IMG/VR virus record: IMGVR_UViG_3300032167_007519
Reading direction: 5' to 3' (one strand)
DNA length: 64,000 nucleotides
Source of the DNA: a virus
Lineage: Duplodnaviria; Heunggongvirae; Uroviricota; Caudoviricetes
A model generated the notes under the pieces. That model saw only the letters and a program-made list of their open reading frames with translations, was not told the origin of the DNA and searched no databases. Positions 46,555-55,286 of the stretch are shown here, piece by piece. The position numbers were made by a program, and so were the translations under genes. Position 1 is the first letter of the stretch; the number at the start of each line of letters is the position of its first letter.

Positions 46555-49461
46555 TTAATTATAATTAGTCTTCATGCGAATTGCTTTATTCACATTGGAT
46601 AAAGTAATCAGATAGCTTGGACCATCTGTAGAATGTCCATCATATGGAACTCGTAATACTAAATCCTTAATGGTAACATAATTATTCTTTACAGAATAGG
46701 TTACATCTTCAATCATATTCGCTGAGAAATCTAACCATTCACTGCCTTGATAGCTGAAACGGAAGGTTTCGGCTACAACTGCCTTAGCATCAGATACACT
46801 ACTTACAATAATTTCTGTTAAAGAGCTCTTTACTCCTTGGAACATTACATCAGTAGATGCATTCTGGATAGTAAATGTGGTTGTCTTCTTTGCGGTATTT
46901 ACTGTAATTCCATCGTTCTTGGTGATGTAGGTAGCCTTTACAGTATATGTACCGTTACTTAATACGTTCATAGCTCCAGATTCATCCATTGTAGAAGCAA
47001 GTACCTGAATTCTACCATTGAAAATGGTTAAACTGGAACCACTTGCGGTAGCACTGGAAAGAACTTTTCCGTTTGGTCCGGTGATAGTTACATATACATC
47101 ACCTTCGGAACAGTTATTTACAGTGTACTTCTGGTTGGAATTGTTGGAAAGATATACATTAGAATCCTGTACACCAACCTTAACATTTCCACTTGTTCTA
47201 AATACGTCTACAAAGAAACTCTGTGGACCACTTGTGTAACTTAAGGTTAAATCATGAACCTTGGATTCTCCTAAAGACCAACCATCAACAACAATTAAAT
47301 TGTCTCTTACTATTGGATTCTTTACAGTTACATTTACTCTTGCTGTCTTACCGGAAATCAATTCGGTAATTAAGAACTGAACACTGCTTCTGTTTGTGTA
47401 AGAACGGATGGCAGCACCATTTACAACAAGAGTGTTTCCAATCATGTATGCTGGAGAACCAGAACCTCCACGTAAACCTTCTTGAACTTCCTGTGTAGTA
47501 CAACTGATTTCGTATTCACAATCTCCGGTCCAAAGCTTACCATACTGGTCTAATGGGAAAACTTTAACCGTATCAACACATACAATGCTTTCCATATTGT
47601 TGATAGCTGTACTGGAAACATAAAGATTGTTGGAAGAAGTAGTAAGCTGATTTACCTGAGATGGAGTTAATACTTTAATGGAAATGGTGCCAATATTCTT
47701 TTCAGCACCTTCAATATCTAAGTACTGTACTCTGGTTGGGATAGAGCCTGCTCTATCAAAAGCATAAACTTCTCCATAAGCACCAACATAATAATTGGAA
47801 TTTGTAGAAGCAACATAGTTAATCTGACCACCATAATATGCATATGGAGCCTTATAATCATTTAAACTATAAATTTCTCTTGCAGTATTGATACCACGGT
47901 CATCACTTGTGTATGTATAACCATAGTTATCTGTAATCAATACAACTAACTGATATGCTTTTTCTGTACCAGCAACAACTTCATGAACTGGTTTATCCCA
48001 GTTAATCGTTGCGGTAGAATCAGTCTTAACTAATGTCCATTCCTTAATGCCTGTTACTCGGTATGGTGCATGTTCAATAGAACGAATTACAGTGACTGGA
48101 CTTACTAATTCCTTTGTTTCTCCGGCAGTATTCCAATAGGTAAAGGTTGCTTTTACAGTCGCTACCTTATTGGCTTCGTAGAATAATAAGGAATTTTCAT
48201 TAAATACTACATCAGGAGAACTATCGCCAACTAGTTCATAGGAAATGTAGCCATACATACAATAGGTATTTGTTACATCAACACCATCTGCATATAAACG
48301 ATAGTCTAACTCAGTTTCAGAATCTTCTGTGTAATAACTATAGTTCATTGCATAAGCTTTACCCTGTTCTCCTAAAGAAGAATATACTACTTCTAAGCGG
48401 TCTGGTGTCGCAAAATCTGCTGTGATTTCTTCAAGATATTCATCTACAGTTACTTCATAAGTTCCACCAGTTACAAAAGTTTCAGTAGTAGTTAGGATAA
48501 CAGTCTGCGCATTTTTCTGTTCCATAGACTCTACAGTGTAAAAAACACCATCTTTGGATACTTTATATGCATTCTTATCATAATTTACAGCTTCCGGAAA
48601 CATAAGCTGTACCTTATTGTCGGCCACAAATACTAAATTCATTTCTGGCTTAGGGATTTCTGTTGGTTCTGGGTCTTCTACAGGTTCCTCTGGAAGGTTA
48701 GGATTTTCTACATCTTCTGGAGTTTCTGGGAGAACACTTACATAGCTGCCAACAGTAACTGTAGTTGGGAATACATTTAATTCCTTACCAGTTAATTTGT
48801 TTACAATGGAAAGATAAATGGTAGCAATACCTTCTTCTTTTGCAAAGAATAAACCATTATTTGCTACATAAAGAATATCTTCATTGTCTGTGAACCATGT
48901 ACACTTAAAGTTCTTTGCTTTGTAATTCTTAACGCCGTAGAAATTAAGGTCAACCATGTCTCCAACTTCTACTGTCATTTCTTCATACAAGTTATCTCTG
49001 GATGTACCAAGGTATACTGCAGTGGTATCTTCTTCTTCAAGTGTAGGTTCTTCTTTTGTCTCTACAATGACTGGTGCCTCATCTGTTACAGTTAAGGTAA
49101 CACCAGTAGAAGTATAAGCGCTGCCATTTCCGACATATACTTTAATGGTAGTCGTTCCAGTTTTCTTTGCTGTGATTACACCATCAGAATCTACTGTAGC
49201 AACTTTTTCATTACTACTAGTCCATAAAATAAGACTACTGTTCTTTGGCGTACCCTTTGTGTCCATGTCTTTGGTTTCACCTACGGTCATGGATAAATTA
49301 GTTACTTCTTTTCCATCAATTTCATAGGTGAATACGGTTCTGTTGTCTGCATAAACGGATGTCATTGGCATAGAAGTACATACCGTAACTGCAGCAACAA
49401 GTGCGGCAAATAATCTCGTAATCCGACTCATTGGATTATCCTCCTTTTTCTCGTTGTTCAT
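46555..49461 (-). CDS. Large secreted protein with Big_2 (bacterial Ig-like) domains. Start is possibly at the internal MSRITRLFAALVAAV signal peptide (~49431).
   Basis: VATVDSDGVITAKKTGTTTIKV is a Big_2 signature. Signal peptide present. 968 aa. Confidence 0.6.
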   Translation of the reverse strand: MNNEKKEDNPMSRITRLFAALVAAVTVCTSMPMTSVYADNRTVFTYEIDGKEVTNLSMTVGETKDMDTKGTPKNSSLILWTSSNEKVATVDSDGVITAKKTGTTTIKVYVGNGSAYTSTGVTLTVTDEAPVIVETKEEPTLEEEDTTAVYLGTSRDNLYEEMTVEVGDMVDLNFYGVKNYKAKNFKCTWFTDNEDILYVANNGLFFAKEEGIATIYLSIVNKLTGKELNVFPTTVTVGSYVSVLPETPEDVENPNLPEEPVEDPEPTEIPKPEMNLVFVADNKVQLMFPEAVNYDKNAYKVSKDGVFYTVESMEQKNAQTVILTTTETFVTGGTYEVTVDEYLEEITADFATPDRLEVVYSSLGEQGKAYAMNYSYYTEDSETELDYRLYADGVDVTNTYCMYGYISYELVGDSSPDVVFNENSLLFYEANKVATVKATFTYWNTAGETKELVSPVTVIRSIEHAPYRVTGIKEWTLVKTDSTATINWDKPVHEVVAGTEKAYQLVVLITDNYGYTYTSDDRGINTAREIYSLNDYKAPYAYYGGQINYVASTNSNYYVGAYGEVYAFDRAGSIPTRVQYLDIEGAEKNIGTISIKVLTPSQVNQLTTSSNNLYVSSTAINNMESIVCVDTVKVFPLDQYGKLWTGDCEYEISCTTQEVQEGLRGGSGSPAYMIGNTLVVNGAAIRSYTNRSSVQFLITELISGKTARVNVTVKNPIVRDNLIVVDGWSLGESKVHDLTLSYTSGPQSFFVDVFRTSGNVKVGVQDSNVYLSNNSNQKYTVNNCSEGDVYVTITGPNGKVLSSATASGSSLTIFNGRIQVLASTMDESGAMNVLSNGTYTVKATYITKNDGITVNTAKKTTTFTIQNASTDVMFQGVKSSLTEIIVSSVSDAKAVVAETFRFSYQGSEWLDFSANMIEDVTYSVKNNYVTIKDLVLRVPYDGHSTDGPSYLITLSNVNKAIRMKTNYN

Positions 49462-49540
49462 TTTTCAAGGTGCATTTTTTGTTTTTCTCATTCTTATTCG
49501 GAGTTTTTTAGGATGTGACATAATAAAAATGATAAAACAA

Positions 49541-49630
49541 CGACAATGGTAGGATTCGAACCTACGGACCTCTTTCGAGAGTCAACGGTTTTCAAGACCG
49601 CCGCAATAAACCAGACTCTGCCACATTGCC
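49541..49630 (-). tRNA. tRNA-Ser (anticodon TGA), class II with long variable arm
   Basis: Reverse complement folds as GGCAATG/CATTGTC acceptor, 3-bp D-stem, anticodon loop CTTGAAA, variable arm, T-arm GTAGG-TTCGAAT-CCTAC. Very similar to E. coli tRNA-Ser. Confidence 0.85.
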
Positions 49631-49727
49631 ACATATACTTTTCCTATAGCCTTTCTAAAAGGCTAAGAAATTTAACCCTTTAGAAAAAACTACAGGATGA
49701 GGAAGAATGATAAAGTTTTTATTCACA

Positions 49728-49751
49728 CTTATTAGCTACTAATTGGTTTAA
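49728..49751 (-). promoter_or_regulatory. Motif copy 14, upstream of tRNA-Ser
   Basis: cttattagctactaattggtttaat + ctttcgg. Confidence 0.55.
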
Positions 49752-49840
49752 TCTTTCGGTAATAAATGACATTTAGGCTTATTTTGCCAGATAATCAAAA
49801 CTTTTTTAGTTGCTTTAATAAACATTCTTTTTTTTAAGTT

Positions 49841-49885
49841 AAAAAAACTCAGAGACATAGGAATAAATATATTTTCATCTCTGAG
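49841..49885 (-). terminator. Hairpin with U7 tract (minus strand) between the tRNA-like elements and the tRNA-Ser promoter
   Basis: CTCAGAGA..TCTCTGAG 8-bp stem with a 22-nt loop, then UUUUUUU. Confidence 0.4.
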
Positions 49886-50002
49886 ACATGGAGGTTAGAA
49901 AACCTAAAAAATGTTTAGTTTTATAATAGAGCTTCTAATTCTTTTATTTCAGCTCTTAATTCTCTCACTTCTTTTAAAAGAAGTTTTTTTTGCTTTAAAG
50001 AT

Positions 50003-50116
50003 TACGGGAGAGAGGATTCGAACCTCTCATATAATGAATCCTGACCATATGATTATTTCTAATCACAGATTCCCATGGAGAATGAGTCCATGCACTTACC
50101 AACCGTGAACTCCCAT
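50003..50116 (-). ncRNA. tRNA-like RNA with CAT anticodon-like loop and a ~47-nt structured extra arm (GAAA-tetraloop hairpin)
   Basis: Acceptor ATGGGAG/CTCCCGT, D-arm CAC..GTG, anticodon stem ATGGA/TCCAT with loop CTCATTC, T-arm AGAGG-TTCGAAT-CCTCT. The extra arm is GAATC..TGATTA-GAAA-TAATCA..GATTC. Confidence 0.45.
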
Positions 50117-50189
50117 AACTAACTTTTTGGTCGAAAGAACAAGAAAATCAAAATAACTACCAACGCTTTTGGAAGGAAACGTTGAGAAC

Positions 50190-50245
50190 CCAAATGCTTC
50201 CTAAGGGAATCGAACCCTTTTTTATGCCAATTAGGAAGCAGATAG
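50190..50245 (-). ncRNA. tRNA minihelix-like element (acceptor stem plus T-arm only)
   Basis: GCTTCCT ... AAGGG-TTCGATT-CCCTT AGGAAGC: a 7-bp terminal stem directly flanking a T-arm. Confidence 0.35.
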
Positions 50246-50329
50246 ATAGGACCATTTTCGTAGCCCTATCTTTAGAAAGGAAGATAACATTTTGTAGAGA
50301 AAAGCAAATTTGAGAATAACCCTACAAAA

Positions 50330-50503
50330 GAGAGGTGGCGGATTTGAACCGCCAATTAGTTCCTATCAGATGTAACAAACTGTTTACCTAAGGAGAAAAA
50401 TTTATGTCTACCCTGCCCAAAGAGTATACATGATAAGTCAAATACACAACACACTGGAGAAAAATAGATAGGACTAATTACCGTTTTCGTTATAAAAACG
50501 AAA
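50330..50503 (-). ncRNA. Structured RNA candidate with a tRNA-like T-arm, a long internal helix and a terminal stem (Y-RNA-like?)
   Basis: 3' end GGCGG-TTCAAAT-CCGCC then ACCTCTC pairs with GAGAGGA at the 5' end. Internal 13-bp helix AATTAGTCCTATC/GATAGGAACTAATT. Hairpin CGTTTTTATAACGAAAACG. Confidence 0.3.
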
Positions 50504-50830
50504 TTCCTCTCAAATAGTAAAGATGAGGAATGAGAAGTTTAAAAATGGATGAAGAGACTCCTCACTCCTTACCTTTTACTTACTTCGATTGGCATATCGG
50601 ACCAGTTTCGAAGAGTGCTTGCATTGCCGAAGCCCACAAGCGATGAAACTCTTACGTTGACGATATTTTAATAAGAGAATCATCTCATCCAATCTAATAG
50701 ACAAATTGCTGTTTGTTTCCCTATTGCGGATTGGTGTGTGAGATGGAGGCCGCTTTGTACAGGAAACATTAGGGGGCTCTGTTATGGACTTATTGCATAT
50801 TGATTTATGACTAATTGCCATATCCCTAGT

Positions 50831-50956
50831 AGAGAAGGTCGGGCTCGAACCGACGACAACCAGCTTGGACTTAATTTTTTCCTTGCTGTTAGTTTCACAC
50901 GTACATATGAAACATTTTTATAAGGGCTGATGCTCTCCCATCTGAGCTACTTCTCT
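50831..50956 (-). ncRNA. tRNA-like gene with a ~53-nt insertion in the anticodon loop (intron-like, contains hairpin GTTTCA..TGAAAC)
   Basis: Acceptor AGAGAAG/CTTCTCT, canonical D-arm TAGCTCAGATGGGAGAGC, T-arm GTCGG-TTCGAGC-CCGAC. Anticodon stem TCAGC/GCTGG encloses 60 nt in place of 7. Confidence 0.5.
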
Positions 50957-51021
50957 ATTTTTTATTAGAACATAGTGAGGAAGAAGGCCTACCTATTGGT
51001 TAGATAGGCCTTTTGTTCCTA

Positions 51022-52497
51022 TTATGCTACTACCTTTTCGTAACGCTCACTGTTGACTACTGCCATCATGAGCTCGTAAGGTGTGGTTCCAATGTTCTCC
51101 ATTACCTGCTTAAAGATGTTTGGACTATATCCACTTACCATAGATACGCCTCTTGCACTCTTAGCAGCATGGAAGGTTGGATTCTTTGCGTTGACATTCC
51201 AGAATACTACCTGTGGAAGATGATATCCTGCTTCGTTATAACGCTTTTTCATAACATCGTAAAATGTCATGTTCTGCTCACGGTCAACACCCTCTACACA
51301 GTTAATCTGCATATCAGATACAATGACAATAGCATCTGGCATTTCTTCTGGAGTTACCTTACCCTTAATACAGGTCTTAAGTAATAACTCAAAAGCCGCT
51401 TCAAGGTCGGTAGAACCATCCCAATCAGCTTCCTTTACGATATTAAGATTATCCTTTAATGTAGCACCGTTAAGCTCTACATATTCCGGATGAGTGCTGA
51501 AAGTCATGAATACATCCTTTAAGTCACCCTTGTTTCTCTGAGCAAAATAAATTGCTAGAGCTGTAGCGACTTCAATTGGATACATACCTCCAGACTTATC
51601 CCAGCTCATAGAACCGGAAGTGTCACACATGACTAAAGCATTTCCCTTACATACATCCGGAAGAGACTTCCACATGGTTTCAAGGTCTCTGGTATAGTTG
51701 GTATTTACCTGATGAATAATGTCACATGGAGTAACAGTACCCATGTTCATCTTCTCTTCACCAGTTTCTACCTTCTGATTGAATTCTGTCCAACGAGCTT
51801 CATCATGCTTTACAAAAGCCTTACGGTTCTTAAGTAAAAACTTAGATGCACACTTGCTGTACTCAATCTCGTCCCACTTACCAGCACACATCTTTGCTTC
51901 CGGTAAATCTAAATACTTACGAAGAGAACGGAGCTTCTTTTTATAGTCAGACATGGTCTTGAAGGAATAACCTAACTTCTTGGCAGTTAACTTACCAAGC
52001 TTCTTTGTTTCTTCAGAACCAGAGTCCGGTGTAGCAATCCACTTAGCCAATAAAGAAATACTATTTCCCTTTGCTAAGTTCTCTAAGTCTAACTCAAACT
52101 GAGCCTTCATAAACTGCCACATTGCAGATTCTGCAGGAGTTCCAATCAAACAATATAAGTCCTTGGCACGACCAAATTCTAATACTGCCCAAAGGTTCTT
52201 CTCTACAGATGCTGGATTGATTTCAGCTAAATGACGGAACATATCCATAAAGGTATCTCTTTCTCCATATCCGCCACGAATGTCTCGGGTATAGAATAAT
52301 AACTTTACGGCAATATCCTTGTTTTCCTGAAAAGCTCTGCTAAATAACAGGTTCTTTTCTTCTGTAGTAGCCTGTCTCATTGCTCCGGCTCTACCAAATA
52401 AGTCTAGACAGGTGGAATCTGTGGTCTTTAAGGTATCACAACCATTCCATGTTTCTGTCCACTTTGCTTCGTTGTGAATAGCTTCACGTAAACTCAT
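51022..52497 (-). CDS. DUF2828-family protein: N-terminal TROVE/Ro60-like region plus C-terminal vWA domain
   Basis: vWA MIDAS VMCDTSGSMSW...DGSTD. Domain order and size (491 aa) match the phage DUF2828 family. The TROVE relationship is from memory, not a search. Confidence 0.55.
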   Translation of the reverse strand: MSLREAIHNEAKWTETWNGCDTLKTTDSTCLDLFGRAGAMRQATTEEKNLLFSRAFQENKDIAVKLLFYTRDIRGGYGERDTFMDMFRHLAEINPASVEKNLWAVLEFGRAKDLYCLIGTPAESAMWQFMKAQFELDLENLAKGNSISLLAKWIATPDSGSEETKKLGKLTAKKLGYSFKTMSDYKKKLRSLRKYLDLPEAKMCAGKWDEIEYSKCASKFLLKNRKAFVKHDEARWTEFNQKVETGEEKMNMGTVTPCDIIHQVNTNYTRDLETMWKSLPDVCKGNALVMCDTSGSMSWDKSGGMYPIEVATALAIYFAQRNKGDLKDVFMTFSTHPEYVELNGATLKDNLNIVKEADWDGSTDLEAAFELLLKTCIKGKVTPEEMPDAIVIVSDMQINCVEGVDREQNMTFYDVMKKRYNEAGYHLPQVVFWNVNAKNPTFHAAKSARGVSMVSGYSPNIFKQVMENIGTTPYELMMAVVNSERYEKVVA

Positions 52498-52597
52498 AAT
52501 AAAATCCTCCTTACATGATTCGTAAAATAATTTTGTAAAATTTGCGATTTACAGTTCTGTTTTAAGATTTGCTGTAAGAATCACAAGATGGATTAGT

Positions 52598-52620
52598 CCC
52601 TACATAAGTAGGGGTTTTTT
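52598..52620 (+). terminator. Plus-strand terminator-like hairpin upstream of the TROVE-like gene
   Basis: CCCTAC-ATAA-GTAGGG GTTTTTT. Confidence 0.4.
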
Positions 52621-53014
52621 ATTAACTTATTGCTTGTTCTGTTATAGAACAAATGCTGAATTATAGTGATGAGCTATCGGCATTGAAACTAACTTTAAAT
52701 TTGTAGTATTCTAGTCATCGTCATGACCTGCCGTCTATGTCAAATTACTTTCTAAAGCTTATGCACACTTAGCTAAAGATTTTATTTTATAGAAATTCAG
52801 CAAAATATTTGTTTGTTCTGTTCAGAGGAGCCTCTTCCTTCCTTACTCCCTAGCTGCACCTCTCCGGGATAGGATACCTTTTCGCAGACTCCTCTGCCAG
52901 TGCAACATGCTTGATGTGCAGTCAAAGACTATTGTTGCAATATGTACTGGTTTCTAACCAATAGCCCACCACTCTGTTCCTAAATAATTTGTTTACAGAG
53001 AACCATAAAAATTA

Positions 53015-53242
53015 TTATAAAACTTCAAAAATATCAAAAAGTATTTCTGAAGATATAATACTGTTTGGCGCAATTTCTTTTCTAGTTCCTAAATTACGTA
53101 GTTTGTTTAGATATCCTGAACATTGCTGGCAACAAAAGAAAGTATTCTTACCTTTTCTTTTTTTTCTATTATATTCGGATATTGATTTCTCAAACTTTTT
53201 GTTACATTCTGGATTAAAACAAGTTAATGTTATTGTATTCAT
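53015..53242 (-). CDS. Small zinc-ribbon protein (75 aa)
   Basis: CFNPEC...CCQQCSGY. The only credible ORF in this part of the ncRNA-rich region. Confidence 0.4.
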   Translation of the reverse strand: MNTITLTCFNPECNKKFEKSISEYNRKKRKGKNTFFCCQQCSGYLNKLRNLGTRKEIAPNSIISSEILFDIFEVL

Positions 53243-53677
53243 AAATACCTTAATTCAAAATAATATAGGATGAGATAATGAGTGGACCTGAGGAGAGTCG
53301 AACTCCTGTCTGGAACACCGCCATAAAACTTTCTACACGTTTATCTTATTTTTGGTACCAGCCGATGTTTAAATAAGCAAACCCATCGACATCGCACAGC
53401 CAGATTTTATTTTGATATGGCTTTCTGGGTGAACTTTTACCGTATCTCAACCGCTATTTTTGAACCCTCCGGAGTATAGCGGTGTTATCCGGAGAGCTTA
53501 TCCCTTACCATTTCAGATAAGGGTGTAGTCTACTTACCTATTAGGCAGCCTGAGCTACTGGTCTGTATGCGTTAGCATTTATTCTTTGGTGTCGGATTTA
53601 AGAGGTGTCCACCATCCTCTACGTGCTTATTTTCCTTTGTATGCCCCATCGAAACCGGGACAGGCCCAAATGTTTTT

Positions 53678-54145
53678 TTATTTGCGTTTTACGCGCGATT
53701 TTTTTAAATATTGACCCGTAAGTTTTCCATTCTTTACGAGTACTTTATGTATGTCACTTTCTACAATTTTACGCTCTTCGTCTAACAAATGAAAAGAATA
53801 TATGCCACACCTGTTTTTTAAATATTGATAAACTTCTTCTTGGGACCAGCAAAGTTTACGTAAAAAATCAATATTTTCGGGTGCTCGTTGTTGAGCTTCT
53901 CTTGATGCGAGGCCTATATTATTATTATATCTTGGTTTAAGCTTTAACCTAATTGCTATATCAAGGTCATGTATTTTTTCATTATCTGTGTTTATATATG
54001 AACCAAAAGCAACCATTTCGTCTACAAAACACGTAAACTCCGGATGTGATATTTCTTCATTAAGCTGCGAGATTCTTTCCAATAGTTCATTCAATTTTTT
54101 TTCTACTGTTTTTCTTTTGTATAACTTAGATTTACTCTCTGCCAT
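53678..54145 (-). CDS. Minimal nucleotidyltransferase (Pol-beta superfamily)
   Basis: AFGSYINTDNEKIHDLDIAI fits the GS-x(9-13)-DhD nucleotidyltransferase motif. Confidence 0.55.
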   Translation of the reverse strand: MAESKSKLYKRKTVEKKLNELLERISQLNEEISHPEFTCFVDEMVAFGSYINTDNEKIHDLDIAIRLKLKPRYNNNIGLASREAQQRAPENIDFLRKLCWSQEEVYQYLKNRCGIYSFHLLDEERKIVESDIHKVLVKNGKLTGQYLKKSRVKRK

Positions 54146-55214
54146 TGTAATTTCCTTTTTTTATGTTTTGTAAAACGTGAATTTAGATTAAAGTAGGGCT
54201 ATTTATTGTCATCTAGGTTGCCACCCTAAAATGTTTCTTACTCTCGGTCTTTCGTTCATATCTTTGATGCCCATCGGTTTCCTCTCAGATACACACATTT
54301 CAAACCTCATTGTGGATTCCTTATTTTCCGTAAGTTTTTTAGCGATACCGAACTTACAACACAAATACCAGTCACTAACGCTCTTTTAATTACCCTTTTG
54401 GGATAATTACCGTCTTTTCTTCGACGGACCTCGAATGGTTTATGCAAGAACCAATAAGCCTCTGTGTTTTGACATATCACAGAAGAAATATTCTCCTTTC
54501 GGATAGGTGGCTATAGGGGAATCGAACCCCATCATTGATATATTTAGCTCTCCACTTTTACACTACCGTCGTGTGGTCAGACTCGAACTGATTCCGGTGG
54601 TAAATATATCCCCGCTGGCAACCATCACTTCATAAGCAATTTTTAGGAATTACTATCAGTACAAGACTGTCAAACATCTGTCGCTGAACGAGCTCTTTTT
54701 TCAGAAATCTAAGCAGGTGGAATTTCCCCACAATGCATACTTAAATGATGTTCTTTACGTGGCCAGTTAGCCATATTTTGTTTTTTTACATAAAAATAAA
54801 ATCCTTAACTTACATGAAACGCTTTTTTTTTGAAGATTTTTCATAAAATTTTTCTTTTTCAAGTAGCAGAATTGCTGTATGTTTTACATTAAGAATTTTT
54901 TGACAATAGCTCAAATTTGGCTTTGTACATGTACGCTGCCAATAAAAAACTCTATCGGTTTTTGTTCGGTTGTTATCTTTATACAGGAAACTTTTTTTCT
55001 TCAACCCATTTGAATATGTAGTAGATTTGCTGTATGTTTCCCTAAAGATTGTTAGTTTACTTTTTACATGATGCTTTTTTGTTTGATTGCAAGAAGCAGG
55101 ACGCCTCTAATTGAATAATATGTTTTAGAATAGTTAATTCAAATTTTGCATTTTAGTTTTGCTGTAAGCATCACAAGTAACTATGTTAAATTATATTGGC
55201 TTTGACAGCCAAAG

Positions 55215-55286
55215 AGCACGTAACGAGAATCGAACTCGCATCTTCTGCTTGGAAGGCAGACATCTTAACCATTGGACCATACATGC
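55215..55286 (-). tRNA. tRNA-Gly (anticodon TCC)
   Basis: Acceptor GCATGTA/TACGTGC, anticodon stem TCTGC/GCAGA with loop CTTCCAA, T-arm GCGAG-TTCGATT-CTCGT. Confidence 0.85.

Noticed and set aside
50576-50821. 81-aa basic ORF in the ncRNA region
   Set aside because: It has no RBS and an Arg/Ser-rich low-complexity sequence, and it overlaps a region with tRNA-like structure. It is probably not coding.
53283-53575. Calling a group I intron-split tRNA outright
   Set aside because: The R/S-like strings do not co-vary to form P7, and the acceptor pairing between the candidate halves has two mismatches. It is kept only as a hypothesis inside the ncRNA-region finding.
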